The position numbers and the translations under genes are program-made. The notes beneath the pieces were generated by a model. The model worked only from the letters and a program-made list of their open reading frames with translations, did no database searches and was not told where the DNA came from. A DNA stretch of 64,000 bases, taken from Octopus sinensis (Eukaryota). This document shows positions 1 to 13,348 of this stretch, piece after piece; the first letter of the stretch is position 1, and every line of letters starts with the position of its first letter. The stretch is taken from positions 66,836,001 to 66,900,000 of the forward strand of contig NC_043004.1 in the NCBI RefSeq assembly GCF_006345805.1, read 5' to 3'.

Positions 1-19
1 GAGATACCTTTATCTACAG

Positions 20-260
20 GCAGAAACAGCTGTAAGAGTCATTTTATGTGTATTATTTTTATGGTATTATCTTACTTATTGATGTATATTGTTTGATTCT
101 GTTTTATTCTGTTGGATTTGGATGTTCCTATTTAATTAGTTAATAAACAATATGAATTGGTATTATCTGTAAGTTGATGATTGAAAGGAATCTGTTCCTC
201 CATTTTCTTATTTGTTTAATGATTTTGAGGTAAAATATTTTACCTTCGCCCATCTTATAC
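20..260 (-). pseudogene. Possible highly degenerate Penelope-like RT thumb/linker relic
   Basis: Manual minus-strand translation gives KIFYLKIIKQIRKWRNRFLSIIN...LNRNIQI...NNIHQ, loosely like the IWFVIPFGKQIRTNLP...KNLAQIIASHN segment of the PLE at 58.4-58.6 kb. It contains stops and frameshifts. Confidence 0.3.
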
Positions 261-774
261 AATAAATGAATTAATTGCATTGTAATTATAAGCTTTTATG
301 TATTTGCCTTTTGGGTACTTCACTAGCAGTATATTGGATAACTGATATCCCATAGTGGGTTACACTCATAACCCCTATCTCACTTTGTATATATATATAT
401 ATATATACGTTGAAACGTTCCCTCTGTGAGTTTATTTTATTCAAGAGCAAAGGGAGTGATTTTTTCGGAGAGAAGTATGATTGGTACGTTCAAAAATAGC
501 AATATAATACGTACTTGAAAAAGCAGAATGTATTTGTTGCATGCTTACCATGTAAGACCACTCTGAAATAGGCTTCATATATGGGTCTTAGGAAGTTTTC
601 CGCCAATTGATTGAGACAGCTGTAAAAACGAATAATAGGAATCAAGTCGCTGCTTACTAAGAACGAACCATGCATTTGCGCCATTGCACAGAAAGGCAAA
701 ATTATTCCTGTAAATATTTTTTCGAGATATAGAAAAACTGATAAACGCATAACAATTTGGTAGCGAAAAATGTA

Positions 775-847
775 TAGCGCGTTTCACGGTTAAAATATGT
801 TCGTGTATGTATAAACACTCATATATGTGTGCGCATACATACATATA

Positions 848-931
<84 letters not shown>

Positions 932-1025
932 AGCATATATGCATGCATATATATATATATATATGCATATATATATATATCAATATATATGTATGTATGC
1001 GCATATATATATATGCACTCACATA
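775..1025. repeat. (TA)n / (TATG)n microsatellite, representative of dozens of (TA)n, (CA)n, (TATG)n and (TATC)n tracts in the window
   Basis: Seen directly. These tracts explain the IYIY/THTH/VCVC/YVCM ORFs. Confidence 0.98.
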
Positions 1026-2118
1026 GACACAATGACAGGGAGAGTGAGAGAAAAAAGGAGGGAGAGAAAGAAGAGATTGCAATTGATTACGGCGGATCCT
1101 TTTCAAACTTATACTGGACTTATTCTTTGTCGTCCTGCCGCTTCGTTGGACAAATTAAACTACATGACAAATAAAAGACTATTTCATATTATGATATGTG
1201 AACGTAAGCATCCGATCGTTTGTTCGATGTACGGCGAGTGGACGAAAGTGTATGATACGCCATCCGTCCCCTGTCATTTCAAAATATAATACAATTCGGC
1301 ATGTATGCACAACTCGGCAGTAAAGACGATAAATGATATAAGTCGATAAAGAAAATAATAACAAAATAGACTAGACGTGTATAAATGGGAAGAGAGACGC
1401 TGGCGGGTTGGGCAGGGCGATGCAGTGGGAATGTTCTATCAACCTTCAGAAAGTTTCTACTTTAATCTGGTAGTTTGTTAAATATAATAGCAAATGGAAG
1501 CTGTAGACCATATAGACTCTGATAGATATGAGATGGTAAAATGACTGATAGATATGAAATGGTAAAGAAATACAAAGGAATCAAGCGAAGAAGTCAGGTG
1601 AAGATGTGTACAATAGTGCCAACAGTTTTGTCCGTTTCAAATATCAAAACAACAAAAAAACTCAAGAATCAAACATAACAATTCAATACTTTTGAAATAT
1701 AATTGGCGTCGGCGTTATTAGTGATATCAGTTCACCTCTGTGTGTGCGTGTGTGAGTGTTCGTGCATGTATGTGTGTACCGAATCTGTGCACCAGCTGCG
1801 TTTACATATAAATCAGTTGTGTGCTGCATGTGTGTATATGTCTAGTGCATATGTAGGATGTGTATACGGTGCATATGTTTGCGTTTGTGTGCCCGTGAGC
1901 ATATCCAGTATACAACGGTTTGTGTTTGCTATGCTAGTGCGAATTGATGTGAGATGGGTTGTGTGTATGTATGTATGTATGTTATTATTCAGTTTATTTT
2001 AAGATTTCTTGCCAATAGTGAAAGAACCGGTTTCTAACCTAGATCCAAGGCTTCTTCATTGGAATTTCAATATCAACAACAGGGTATTTTTCTGTGCATG
2101 TATATGTATGTATGTATG

Positions 2119-2152
<34 letters not shown>

Positions 2153-2353
2153 TGTATGTATGTATGTATGTATGCATGTATGCATGTATGTATGTTTTAT
2201 GTATGTATTCAAAACCAAAGTTATTTTTCCCGGAAAATTTCAGTAAGGGCACATTTTAGCAGCATATAATCATGACTACTACTACTACTACTACTACAAT
2301 AATCGTTGTGGATGTGCCTACTATTTACCATAGTCGTAGCAGGGGAACAGTGG

Positions 2354-2790
2354 TCAGTTACTTGAGCCGATAATGTAGTTTGGCTGGCAGGCAGGGACTA
2401 TAGAATCTGTTGGAATGTCTCTAGCTGCAGAACCACGTGGTGGTCTGATATTCACGTTTTCGCTTTTGTTTATAGAGTTGGGAAGAAGGTTAATTTTCGA
2501 TTTCTTAATAAAGTTACAGTTACTAACTTTCTTTCTATGTTCTACAAATGTTGCTTGTTGACGTAGTTGCTTCGCAGTAAAAATATTTAATTCTGGATGC
2601 AGATCGTCCCAATATAATTTCAGTCGTTTCATATAAGCAACAGAGGGATTTTGTTTCGCGTTTTCGTCACAGTTAAATAGATCATTATTCAATTCATAAC
2701 TCCAAGAGAAATGAGTTTTGTAGCTACGGTTTCTTCTATAACTACAGCTAGAAATAATTTGTTTACCTCTTCAGCTGTTATTTTCGTTCT
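2354..2790 (-). mobile_element. N-terminal ORF fragment of a non-LTR retrotransposon, probably R4/Dong-like
   Basis: ORF 2354..2692 contains AYMKRLKLYWDDLHPELNIFTAKQLRQQATFV, resembling the YMKRMKxLWDExHPE...xQNLRDQA motif I recall from the N-terminus of R4/Dong-type LINE proteins. It sits between (CTA)n and (TATG)n tracts. Confidence 0.55.
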
Positions 2791-3617
2791 GTTCCTCGAT
2801 CGTGTTGTTGTTGCTGAAGTTTCAGTCGAAAATCACTACGATCGTGAATAATAAAAAAAAGTCTCCCTCAGTTAATTCATCTGAAGATTAACCAGTTATT
2901 TAACAAAGCTGCTGTGGCCACAAATTTGGAGATAATATTCATCGTATTTTCGATAAATATTCTCCCACTACAAATATGCGACTTGTCACTTCCAATGTGT
3001 AATGTTGTATGTATGTATGTATGTATGTATGTATGTATGTATGTATGTATGTATGTATGTATGTATGTATGTATGTATGTATGTATATATGTATGTATGT
3101 GTGTATGTATGTATGTATATAAGTATGTTGTGCTTGTGTCTGTGTGTGAGTATCATGGTTTTTTATTTTATTGGACTCGAAATCGCGCAATTGCGACAAA
3201 CAATCTGTGGCGGTAACCAGAGTTGGCACTAATAAACCCGAGTCCCTTTTCTTATACTGTGAGTCGGTAACTACTTACCAACATCTTCCCCATTGCATGG
3301 GGTACTAGAAATAAATCTTTGAACTGATATCGCTACTCTATCAATAAAAGCATGCTATCTGCATTGGCCAATAACTGCCAACATCTAGAACTCATCGTAG
3401 ACATGTCTCATTTGGTGTCTAAAATCCGGATGGGAGACGTTCATTAGTCAAGCGTAGGAAACCTTAAGTTGCATGGAGCCGAGTTAAACTGGTATCAGAT
3501 TATTATGTAATTCCTAATAAATGTATTGAGTGCCACTTTCATTCGTTTGTCCACATACTCGTATGTGTGTGTACAAATGCTTCTGTGTGTGTACATGCAT
3601 ATATATACATACATACA

Positions 3618-3648
<31 letters not shown>

Positions 3649-3693
3649 ATATATATATATATATATAATATATATATATATAATATATATATA

Positions 3694-4135
3694 CACTCTT
3701 TACTCTTTACTCTTTTACTTGTTTCAGTCATTTGACTGCGGCCATGCTGGGGCACCGCCTTTGGTTGAGCAAATCGACCCCGGGACTTATGTAAGCCCGT
3801 AGTTAGTACTTATTCTATCAGTCTCTTTTGCCGAACCGCTAAGAGACGAGGACGTAAACACACCAGCATCGGTTGTCAGGCAATGCTAGGGGGACAAACA
3901 CAGACACACAAACACACACACACATATTATATATATATAATATATATATATATAATATATATATACATATATACGACAAGCTTCTTTCAGTTTCCGTCTA
4001 CCAAATCCACTCACAAGGCATTGGTCGGCCCGGGGCTATAGCAGAAGACACTTGCCCAAGTTGCCACGCAGTGGGACTGAACCCGGAACCATGTGGTTGG
4101 TTAGCAAGCTACTTACCACACAGCCACTCCTGCGC
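3694..4135 (-). mobile_element. SINE family A, full length (tRNA-like head, internal microsatellite, GACTGAAACAAGTAAAAGAG tail)
   Basis: Minus strand reads GCGCAGGAGTGGCTGTGTGGTAAG...GGTTCAGTCCC (A/B-box-like) through to a ...CAAGTAAAAGAGTAAAGAG tail. There are many homologous copies in the window. Confidence 0.9.
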
Positions 4136-4150
4136 ATATATATGTATACA

Positions 4151-4282
<132 letters not shown>

Positions 4283-7200
4283 ATGTATGTATCTATACAC
4301 ACACGAATATATGTATGTATGTGTATGTATGTATATGAGAATTAATATAGATATATGAATGAGCAAGAGTGTATTTTCGTTGCGTCTTGAACATTATTTA
4401 AGGATATGAATATAAAGATTTTGATGTAACGTCATGTAGTCATGTTTGAATAATGGTGATTGCATCTTCGTTCTAATTTTTTTTTTATCCATTCCTTTAT
4501 TTATTTTTGTATTGATTAATTTCTTGAAACTTGTTCTGTGATGTGTCATATTGAATTTGTTTTCTCTACTAAATAGCATGTCTTGCGAAATTCATGAGGC
4601 TGTCAAGTAATTGTTTATACCTCGAACTCTACTCTGAAATAATGATACCTTTTAAAATAAAAACGGAGGAAAAATAAGCGAAATTGATACTTGCAAATAT
4701 AAAAAAAAATTGCATGTAGAATAATGTTTCGCAGTTATCGTTTTTTCTTTATTTTTTAGTTAAAAATAAATTACATAGCATTCTAGTTCACATACTTTAT
4801 TTAAATTACTAGGTGCTGCTTCGTTTAAATACCATGGTATTCAACCAAGTTGCGGAAAATATATGATGTTGCTGCAAGGTTTTGCTGTCAATTTGTTGTG
4901 GAAGAATTTCTGCCTGTGTACAATGCAATTTACTCTCGTCTCCATGCGAAGATATTCATCACGAAAGTACACTGTAAAAGAAGAAGAAGGTAAATATCTT
5001 TAAACATTAATACTTGGATTTATAAAGACTAATGGTTCATTCATAATGTTACATTTTGATTATATGTAAGCAATTCAATTTTTCTTGAACGGTAAAATGT
5101 AGTTGTCAATGTTGTGAGTTAGTAAAATGTCGACAATGCCTGAATAAACGAGTGGACCCAAATATTTCAGACGTGACCATACCGTCATTTTAGAAATATA
5201 TAAAGTAATGACTTATTGTCTACTCTGAACTATCCATATTTAGTATATTCCTAAGAGAGCGAACAAAGAAGGAATTAATCACTGGCTACTTTGTCCAATC
5301 CTGTTGTAGAAGCTTCATGCCAAGGAAAATATTAATGGTGAAACGGAAGAAAGGAGGACTTGATAATCTCTGAAATGATGTATTGTCTATAATTAGGATG
5401 ACAGTTTATGATGAATGAGAAATAACTGAGTCATACCCATACAAGCACTTACTAGAGATATGCAAGCGTATGCACAAACGTGTATATATACATGTGTGTA
5501 TGTATGAATGTATGTAGGCATGTGCTTCTATGTGTGTATGTATGAATGTATGTATGACCTTTCTACCAGCTCTTGGGAGAGATTAAGCCGGTCGCCAACA
5601 AAGCGACAAGAGTTTTCAATTAAGAGATATTCCGGTGTTTTAAACATGGGTCTGAGTTGCTGTGTTGGTTGAGCTACCAATGTATGCACCCAAGTGCGTG
5701 CATCTACTCACCTAACAATCTCAGATGGAGAATTTATGGAATGTTTTACAACTCTTCACTGTGCCACCAATCGAATGGGTTACGAGAAACCCAATGTTTG
5801 TCTCTGTGTGTGTATGTATGTGCGTGTGTGTGTGTGAGTGTGTGCGTGTGACATATAACATCACAATGTAACTGCAAAACATATATCCTAATGACCAAAT
5901 AAGTGTCTTGTTACGCGAAACGGCTGTTAACTCGCAAAACAAGTCATTTGGTATCCATGAGCATGCATATGAGTGAGTGCGTGAGCCCGTGTATGGCTGT
6001 GTATGGTCATGCATGTGTCTCTCTGTCACTCCCGCTGTTACACTCTAACCCTTTCTCTGTCTCTGTGTTTGCGTGTGTCTGTATTTGTGTAAGTGTGAGT
6101 GTGAGTGAGAGAGAAAGAGTGGGGACAGACAAATAGAGAGTTTGCACTTGTGTACGTACACATGCATACGCTTCCGTGTATAGATAAGAAAATATTACTC
6201 TCTGGATGTAATATTCTTTTCGATGTCAATAAGATGCTCTCATTTCTATTGTACTGAATTATAAAACCGTGTAGGTTAAATTATAACAGACGACAATAGA
6301 ACGTAACTTTGAAGTTTTCAAAATGAAGAGAAACTTTAAAGTTTTGCAGTCTTAGTTGTGAAACAAAACAAAGAAAAGTAAACAATATGTTCGAATCTGA
6401 ATTGTGTATCATTTAAAATCGTTTTATATTTCATAATATTGCCAAATATTTTTCAGACATATGAGTGATGGAGATATTGTTGTTGCTCATGTACTTGCAA
6501 TTGTTTTGCTGTTATTTATATTACACCGGATTTTTGTGTGCCCAGACAAGATGTGATCCAACAGAGCTACGATCAAAAGCATCCTTTACCATCTGAGTCT
6601 ATATTCTCAGATATATTTATGGCATTCTGCATTATGTAATATTTACATTTTCTTTAAAAGAAATGGCATGACTTGAAGAAAAATTCGCTGCTTCTTCTAG
6701 CGAATAGAGCGTCGACATACAAGCATCCTCATCGTATTCCGGTGGAGGCTGTCACTTGATGCAGAAAGTAATTCGACGTTTGACGGAACTATATTTGTTT
6801 TAACTTGACAAGATATATTCTTTGCACAGTGAATTGAACTTGAAAATGCCATTAACCTTTTTGAAATCAGCAGAAGCTAAAACATTAAGAAAGGAATTCT
6901 TGTTTCTTTTGTTTTTGTGCCATTGCGACATTCTGTCTGGGTCTCAAATCAATCAAGTGCATGCAGCTTCGATTCTCTGTTGTTTGTATTCTTTACCAGA
7001 CTTTACGCATCAAAAGCGTCATTTTCTTTAAAAGAACTAATGTACTGTAAGGAAGTGTAATTCTTTTTAAAGGAATTTGAGTACCATTTACAAAATGGTA
7101 TCAATTTGTTTTACTCTTGTCATATCGCATCATATAAGAATCACAATAGCAATGTCCTCGCCGGAACTCCTTTTCAGAAATTTGCTGTCTATTGTGTATC

Positions 7201-8129
7201 AATATTTTTAGTTTTCACATACGTTTCTGGAATGCTAGTTACAAGTTAAGTATAAATACATGCACACCCGCAAGCATATATATGCACAAATGCACACATA
7301 TGCACATAAATATGAATGTACAGATACGCATACACACACAAATATATAAACACACACACACACAAACAATACACACACACACAAACAATACACACACACA
7401 CACACATTCATATACACGTATATGTGTACTTATATAATATTATGCATACAGAAGTAATGATGTTTATAAGTGTTGGTATATATACACGTAAGACGCGGGA
7501 GTATTGTGTAAAATGTTATATACACAGACACACGTAATCAATAGCAACTCTCTGGCGATTATTTCCGTGTTATAAATGCTTACAAGATACCATGAGGCGC
7601 GCGCAAACACATACACACATGCACATCGGTATATACATAAATACATGCACACAATCTCATGTGCACAAACCACGCATTTCGTTAGTGCTGAGCATTCAGT
7701 AGCAAGCTCAGAAAATATGCACACTTTGCTTTTAAAGCTATAATACCAATTAGCTATAGAAAAATATGCATTCGATTTGGAAAAGAATAAGCAATTTCGC
7801 TTTACCTATTTGTTGAAGGAGAATACGAATATGTTTTCTGTATCCGTTCTACATACGTATTTCTAATTTCTGGAAGCCAACAGCTGACTAGGAATTTATG
7901 AAATTTAGACGTGTTTTAAGTGATAATATTTATGCGAAATATACGAAACAGTTGAATCACGGTCCATGCAAATGTATCTATTTGATTTTGGAAACACGGT
8001 CACAACTCACAAAGTCTGATTTTATATTTTGAGTATATGTGCAGTTTCGATATTTTCAAACATGAATACTGGGGCACTTTGGGTATCATTAGATTAATAC
8101 GTACGTGAGTGTGTACGCGTGTAAGCATG

Positions 8130-8199
<70 letters not shown>

Positions 8200-8314
8200 A
8201 AATATATATATATATATATATAATATATATATATATATTATATATATATATATATATACATATATTTATACAGCGCTATGTAAAAAGTCCCCAGCCACAT
8301 TGTTCCTAGGTCAC

Positions 8315-8985
8315 TCGCACCTTAGTCAAGGGGCTTCCACTATAGCCACGAATGACAAGTTCTTTGTGAGTAGATTTGTCAGACAGAAACTGAAAGAAAT
8401 CCATCATCAATATATGTGCGTGTGGGCAAAGGGGTGAGTGTGTGTATGTATCTTTGTGTCTGTCGTTGTCTCCAACCACCGTCTCGCAACCGACATTGTT
8501 GTGTTAGCATTCCCATAAATTTGTTAAAGAGAAACTGAAAGAAGCCCATCGTAAATATGTGTGCGTGTGGGGATAAGGGTGAGTGTGTTTATGTCTCATT
8601 GAGTCTGTAGATGTTGTTGCTGTTGTTGTTGGTCACCTCAAGCGCCTGAGGATAACAATCAGAAGCGCTAGAGCCGCGGAAGGGAGATGAATCATCTCAA
8701 CCATTGTAACCCATAGTTCCACCATCAGGGCCGGATATCTCAGCCAGACATGTTCTGCTGAGCCAGAGAGTCGCAGCCAGAGATGTTCTGTCGATGTTAC
8801 TCAGCACCGCTTGTCAACCGGTGTTGGTGTGTTAATGTCCCCCGTAAACTAGCGGTTTGACAAAAGAGACGGAGAGAATAAGTTCCAGGAGTAAAATAAA
8901 ATTTAATACTAGGGTCGAATCGTTCAATACGGTGTCCCAGCCTGGGCGCAATCTATTGACTGAAAAAAGTATGATATAATACTAT
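8315..8985 (+). mobile_element. SINE family A, degenerate and partly duplicated
   Basis: GAAACTGAAAGAA occurs twice, and TTGTCAACCGGTGTTGGTGTGTT...AGCGGTTTGACAAAAGAGAC matches the family A body. Confidence 0.6.
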
Positions 8986-9028
8986 CTACAAGTATGAACT
9001 GAAATTAAAAGAAAGTACAGATTCTATG

Positions 9029-9276
9029 GGAGGCGCGTGGCTCAGTGGTTAGGGTGTCAGCACCATGATCGTAAGATTGTGGTTTCGATTCCTGGACCAG
9101 GCGAAGCATTGTGTTCTTGAGCAAAACACTTCCTTTCACGTTGCTCCAGTACACTCAGCTGGCAAAAATGAGTAACGCTGCGATGGACTGGCATTCCGTC
9201 CAGCGGGGGAACGCATACGCCTGAGAAACCGGGAAACCGGGCCTATGAGCCTGGCTAGGCTTTAAAAGGGAGCATT
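9029..9276 (+). mobile_element. SINE family B (tRNA-like head)
   Basis: GGAGGCGCGTGGCTCAGTGGTTAGGG...GGTTTCGATTCC head and GCTGCGATGGACTGGC body. Homologous to 12564-12873 and 19749-20056. Confidence 0.85.
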
Positions 9277-9650
9277 TAATTTTTACAGACTCTATGGCGA
9301 GATACGGGATATAGTCAGAAACGATGAATATTTTTAGCAAAGGATTAGTAATATATTTTACGACAAAACAAAAAATGCCCTTTTTTTCTGTCACATCATG
9401 CAATTAGTGAAACTATGCAGGTGCTAACGCTGGGTGTGTTATAACTATTCTTCCTACAGCAAATATTGTTTGAACTGGTACACACGGCACTTAGGTTGTT
9501 CAAATAACAGTGAAACGGCTGCGTTATGCTCCACGGTGTATATGTATTCGCATGTATAATAGGTATGTATTTATGCATGTATCTATGTATATATGCATAT
9601 ACGTATGTATGTATCTTTCTCTCTCTCTCTCCTCTCTCTCTCTCTCCATG

Positions 9651-9800
9651 TCTGTGTGGTAAATAGCTTGCTTACAAACCACATGTTTCCAGGTTCAGTC
9701 CCACTGCGTGACACCTTGGGCTAGTGTCTTCTACTATGGCCTTGGGTCGAACAAGGCCTTTTGAGTGGATGTGGTAGACGAAAACAGAAAGGCCGTTGTA

Positions 9801-9872
<72 letters not shown>

Positions 9873-10026
9873 GTAGAAAAATACAAACTGGGACAAGAAC
9901 GCAAAACACTTCGAAGACGATACAAAAAACACGGACGGGATATTCAAAGCCCTCAATCTTCAGTCAAGAACCGGATCATCGTAGCAATTTCGGCTGATTA
10001 ATCTTGATACATACATACATTTATAT

Positions 10027-10074
<48 letters not shown>

Positions 10075-10294
10075 CGTGTATATATGCTTGTGTGTCTGTG
10101 TTTGTTCCTCCAACATCCTTTGACAACCGATGCTGGTGTGTTTACGTCCCCGTAACTTAGCGGTTGGACAACAGAGACCGATAGAATAAGTACTAGGCTT
10201 ACAAGGAATATCCTGGTGTCGATTTGCTCGACTAAAGTCGGTGGTCCAGCATGGCCGCAGTCAAATAAATAAATGACTGAAACAAGTAAAAGAG
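9651..10294 (+). mobile_element. SINE family A with a nested insertion (9870-10007) in its internal microsatellite
   Basis: The 5' half (9651-9800) and 3' half (10090-10294) match family A. Confidence 0.85.
9870..10007 (-). mobile_element. 3'-terminal copy of the ~730-bp non-coding element (same family as the 20.85-23.05 kb array)
   Basis: Minus strand TCAAGATTAATCAGCCGAAATTGCTACGATGATCCGGTTCTTGACTGAAGATTGAGGGCTTTGAATATCCCGTCC aligns to 21417-21492. It is followed by (ATA)n. Confidence 0.9.
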
Positions 10295-10314
10295 TGTATA
10301 TATATATATATATA

Positions 10315-11299
10315 GAACGCAGATTGAACAGAAACGGGCTCCTACAGTCGGCTTTTCGATGCCCCCATTGGCGGCGTTACACTTATCTGGCTTTTAAATA
10401 GCGTTTATAAATAATACCGGCACCCATAGCCCTTGGTAACAAATTCTGAAATAGCCTTTAAGATATCTACGATTAACCACTGCAAGGGGAATTACTCCTG
10501 TAAGACAAACGGGGCTTGGTTTTTTCACAGCGGGGGGTTTCCTTGACAAGGCAGGCTTAGATGAACACACACACACATAAAACATAATATATATATATAT
10601 ATATATTTTTTTCTTTCTGCCACCCAACGGTTATCACGGCAGTAGCCACTGACAGCCGAACGATCAAACGCACACACGTACACAAAAAATGTTTTCTACC
10701 CCTACGCCAACACACACATATATAGAGCAGTATACACACACACACGTCTCTACGTAGATTTTTTCTCGCCCCTTATAAAACATCCAATATTCCTTAAATA
10801 GTCAGAACTTTATTCTCGGTCACAAAGAACATCTATACACCTTCACCCACATGATTGACCGATGCCTGACCCGTTGAATTCTTCAGCCACCGGTTCTCAA
10901 CATACACTGATAAACAGTTTCGCCATGGGCTCTTCGGAGCATAGTTCGATTTGTTTTTGCTCCGCCTCTGTTCTGTTTTTGTTTTTCCAACGGATTTCCT
11001 TTTTTTCTTCCTGAAGAGAAAGACACAATATGGTCCCATTATTCAATCGGATTTTGGTAATTTGTGCCTTTCGAAACACGTGTAGAATGAAATAAAACGA
11101 TTTCTGTTCAATCTGCGTTCAGCTCCATTTCTTCAATTCACCAATAATGTTTTAATTTCAATTATCCGCACCAACGCACGGTTGCAACGCCAGATGGTTG
11201 TACCTCCAACCGTGCTGTTTACTGCTGTGATTTTTGCTATTAAGGTATCGGTTAAACTTTTGATTAATCTACTACAAGATTATTCATCTTTCTATTTCA
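10315..11299 (+). mobile_element. 5'-truncated Penelope-like element: last ~22 codons of the GIY-YIG domain, 3' UTR, hammerhead and 3' terminus
   Basis: Near-identical to 59349-60164 and to the reverse complement of 56658-57615. It ends at TATTCATCTTTCTATTTCA like the 56658 arm and is preceded by (TA)n. Confidence 0.9.
11003..11092 (+). ncRNA. Type I hammerhead ribozyme (PLE-associated)
   Basis: Stem I TTTTCTTC/GAATGAAA; CTGAAGA 11011-11017; stem II GAAAG(A)CACAA/TTGTG(C)CTTTC; GAAA 11073-11076; palindromic stem III ACACGTGT; GUA triplet, predicted cut after 11084. Confidence 0.85.
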
Positions 11300-11940
11300 T
11301 GCATATGCGCGTGTGTACGTGTGCGTGTGTATGTGTGCGTGCGGAGATATAAATATGGGCATATATCATAGCGCCTCAGTGTGGCAAAAATAGGGAGAGG
11401 CAAAGTGTGAAGGTTTTTTTTATCGCGTAATATACTTGAGTGAAGCATTATTTAAATATACCACAGTTCATTTGATATACGTTGTATTGTGCGCATACAA
11501 ATATTACACACACATACACGCACACACACACACACATGAATACAGATATTTATGTGTGTGAGTACAGGAGAATTCGTTTGTTTGTTTGTTTTTGCTTCTT
11601 TTCAAAGCATATGCTGGAATCAAAATAAAAGTGTGTTCTGTATATATACGTTTATATATTGTTTCTAGAAACAGAAGATAGACCAATAACAATGTTTATT
11701 AAATCATAGATATATTGCCATACATTCTGCGGAACACATAAAAGAATGCACAGCCGGTACAAGCACATTGTTGGCAAATTAGCAATGTTTGCATTGCTTG
11801 ATAACATACTTGATGATATTTTCTATCATCCTGTTATGGACTGACAGCCACCTACAATAGTGGGTCTATGACGACAAAGGAATATCAATGTAGCATTATG
11901 CTAGTGTTTCTCTACGATAATCAAATAATAGTTAAGGTAA

Positions 11941-12555
11941 AGAGTATGAGAAAACATCGTTATTTAATGAAAGTCACATGATGTGTTTAATTATTTACTG
12001 ATTAAACAGCGCTCCGTTTATTTGTCGACGTTAGACATACGCTGCTGCGCAAAATTCTGTAACGAAACTAGAAATGAATCGATGTATTGCCTGTTTGCTT
12101 TCGACTGCTACCAACACACTCACGTAAATACTCACATGTAGTAACTATGTAGAGACTTTTTTTTTGGGGGGGGGGGGTCGCTTCTACGGCGATGCCAAGC
12201 CGTTGCAGATACATACATATAATAGTTCGAGAAAAGTGAGTATAAATATAATAAAACAAAACATAAAAAGAGAGTATGAGAAAACATCGTTATTTAATGA
12301 AAGTCACGTGGTGTGTTTAATTATTAACTGATTAAACAGTGTTCCGTTTATTTCTCGTTGTTAGACATACGCTGCAGCACAAAATTCTGTAACGATACTA
12401 GAAATAAATTGATGCCTGTTTACTTTCGACTGCTACGAATACACACATATAGTAACTCTGTGGGTTGTTTTGGTCCCTTCTACGGCGATGCCAAGCCGTT
12501 GCAGGTGCCATCAATGCATACATATAACAGTTCGAGAGAACTGAGAATAAATATT
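11941..12555. repeat. Diverged tandem duplication, two ~330/285-bp copies
   Basis: AGAGTATGAGAAAACATCGTTATTTAATGAAAGTCAC starts at 11941 and 12271, and the copies are colinear throughout. Confidence 0.9.
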
Positions 12556-12563
12556 TAATTTTT

Positions 12564-12873
12564 ATGCGCCCTTTTCAAGCCTAGCCAGGCTCATGGGCCC
12601 GGTTTCCCGGTTTCTGTGGCGTATGTGTTCCCCCGCCTCCCCAGCTGGACGGGACGCCAGTCCATCGCAGCGTTACTCAAGAAATAGGAAAGAAGAGTGA
12701 GAGAAAGTTGGGGCGAAAGAGTACAATAGGGGTCTCCACTACTCCCAGCCGGAGCCTCGTGAACCTTTAGGTGTTTTCGCTCAATAAACACACACAACGC
12801 CCAGTCTTGGAATCTAAACCACGATCCTCCGACCGCGAGTCCGCTGCCCTAACCACTGGGCCATTGCGCCTCC
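12564..12873 (-). mobile_element. SINE family B
   Basis: Reverse complement of the 9029-9276 head and tail. Confidence 0.85.
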
Positions 12874-13348
12874 GAGTATAGATATAATTAAACAGAAAAA
12901 CAGGAAAAATTGGAGAAGTGGAAATTCTTTATCTTCATCAAGAAAATCCATGCTGTAATATCATTAATAAAAAGAAATGAATCCAGATTTTCTTTCGTAG
13001 TAGTTCTTCATACTTAGGTAGATATCCAGAGAGCTAAAACTCTAAACTCACATAGTAGAAAAGAGAGAATACAATTAATCCTTTACAAGTGTTTCTGGAT
13101 TTCGGAGATTTCTATGTGCAACATTTCGCATACCGGGTATATATATGATGTAAGAAAATGTAAATTGATGTACATTAATTTAAATTAAATAAATGGATTT
13201 AATCTATATTATTACGTATTACATAAATCCACCATATTAAAAGTAAAACATCATTTCTGGAATTTGTAAAAAAACATTTTGAAAGGGAATAACATCAGCC
13301 ACCTTTAGCATATTATAGAACAAGGAAGGAACTCAAACATAAACATGT

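Noticed and set aside
790-1289. IYIY/YVCM/THTH-type ORFs here and throughout the window
   Set aside because: Microsatellite translations.
9029-9095. SINE heads as tRNA genes (here and at 13349, 19749 and 33289)
   Set aside because: They have A/B-box-like motifs but no complete cloverleaf, and they continue into SINE bodies.
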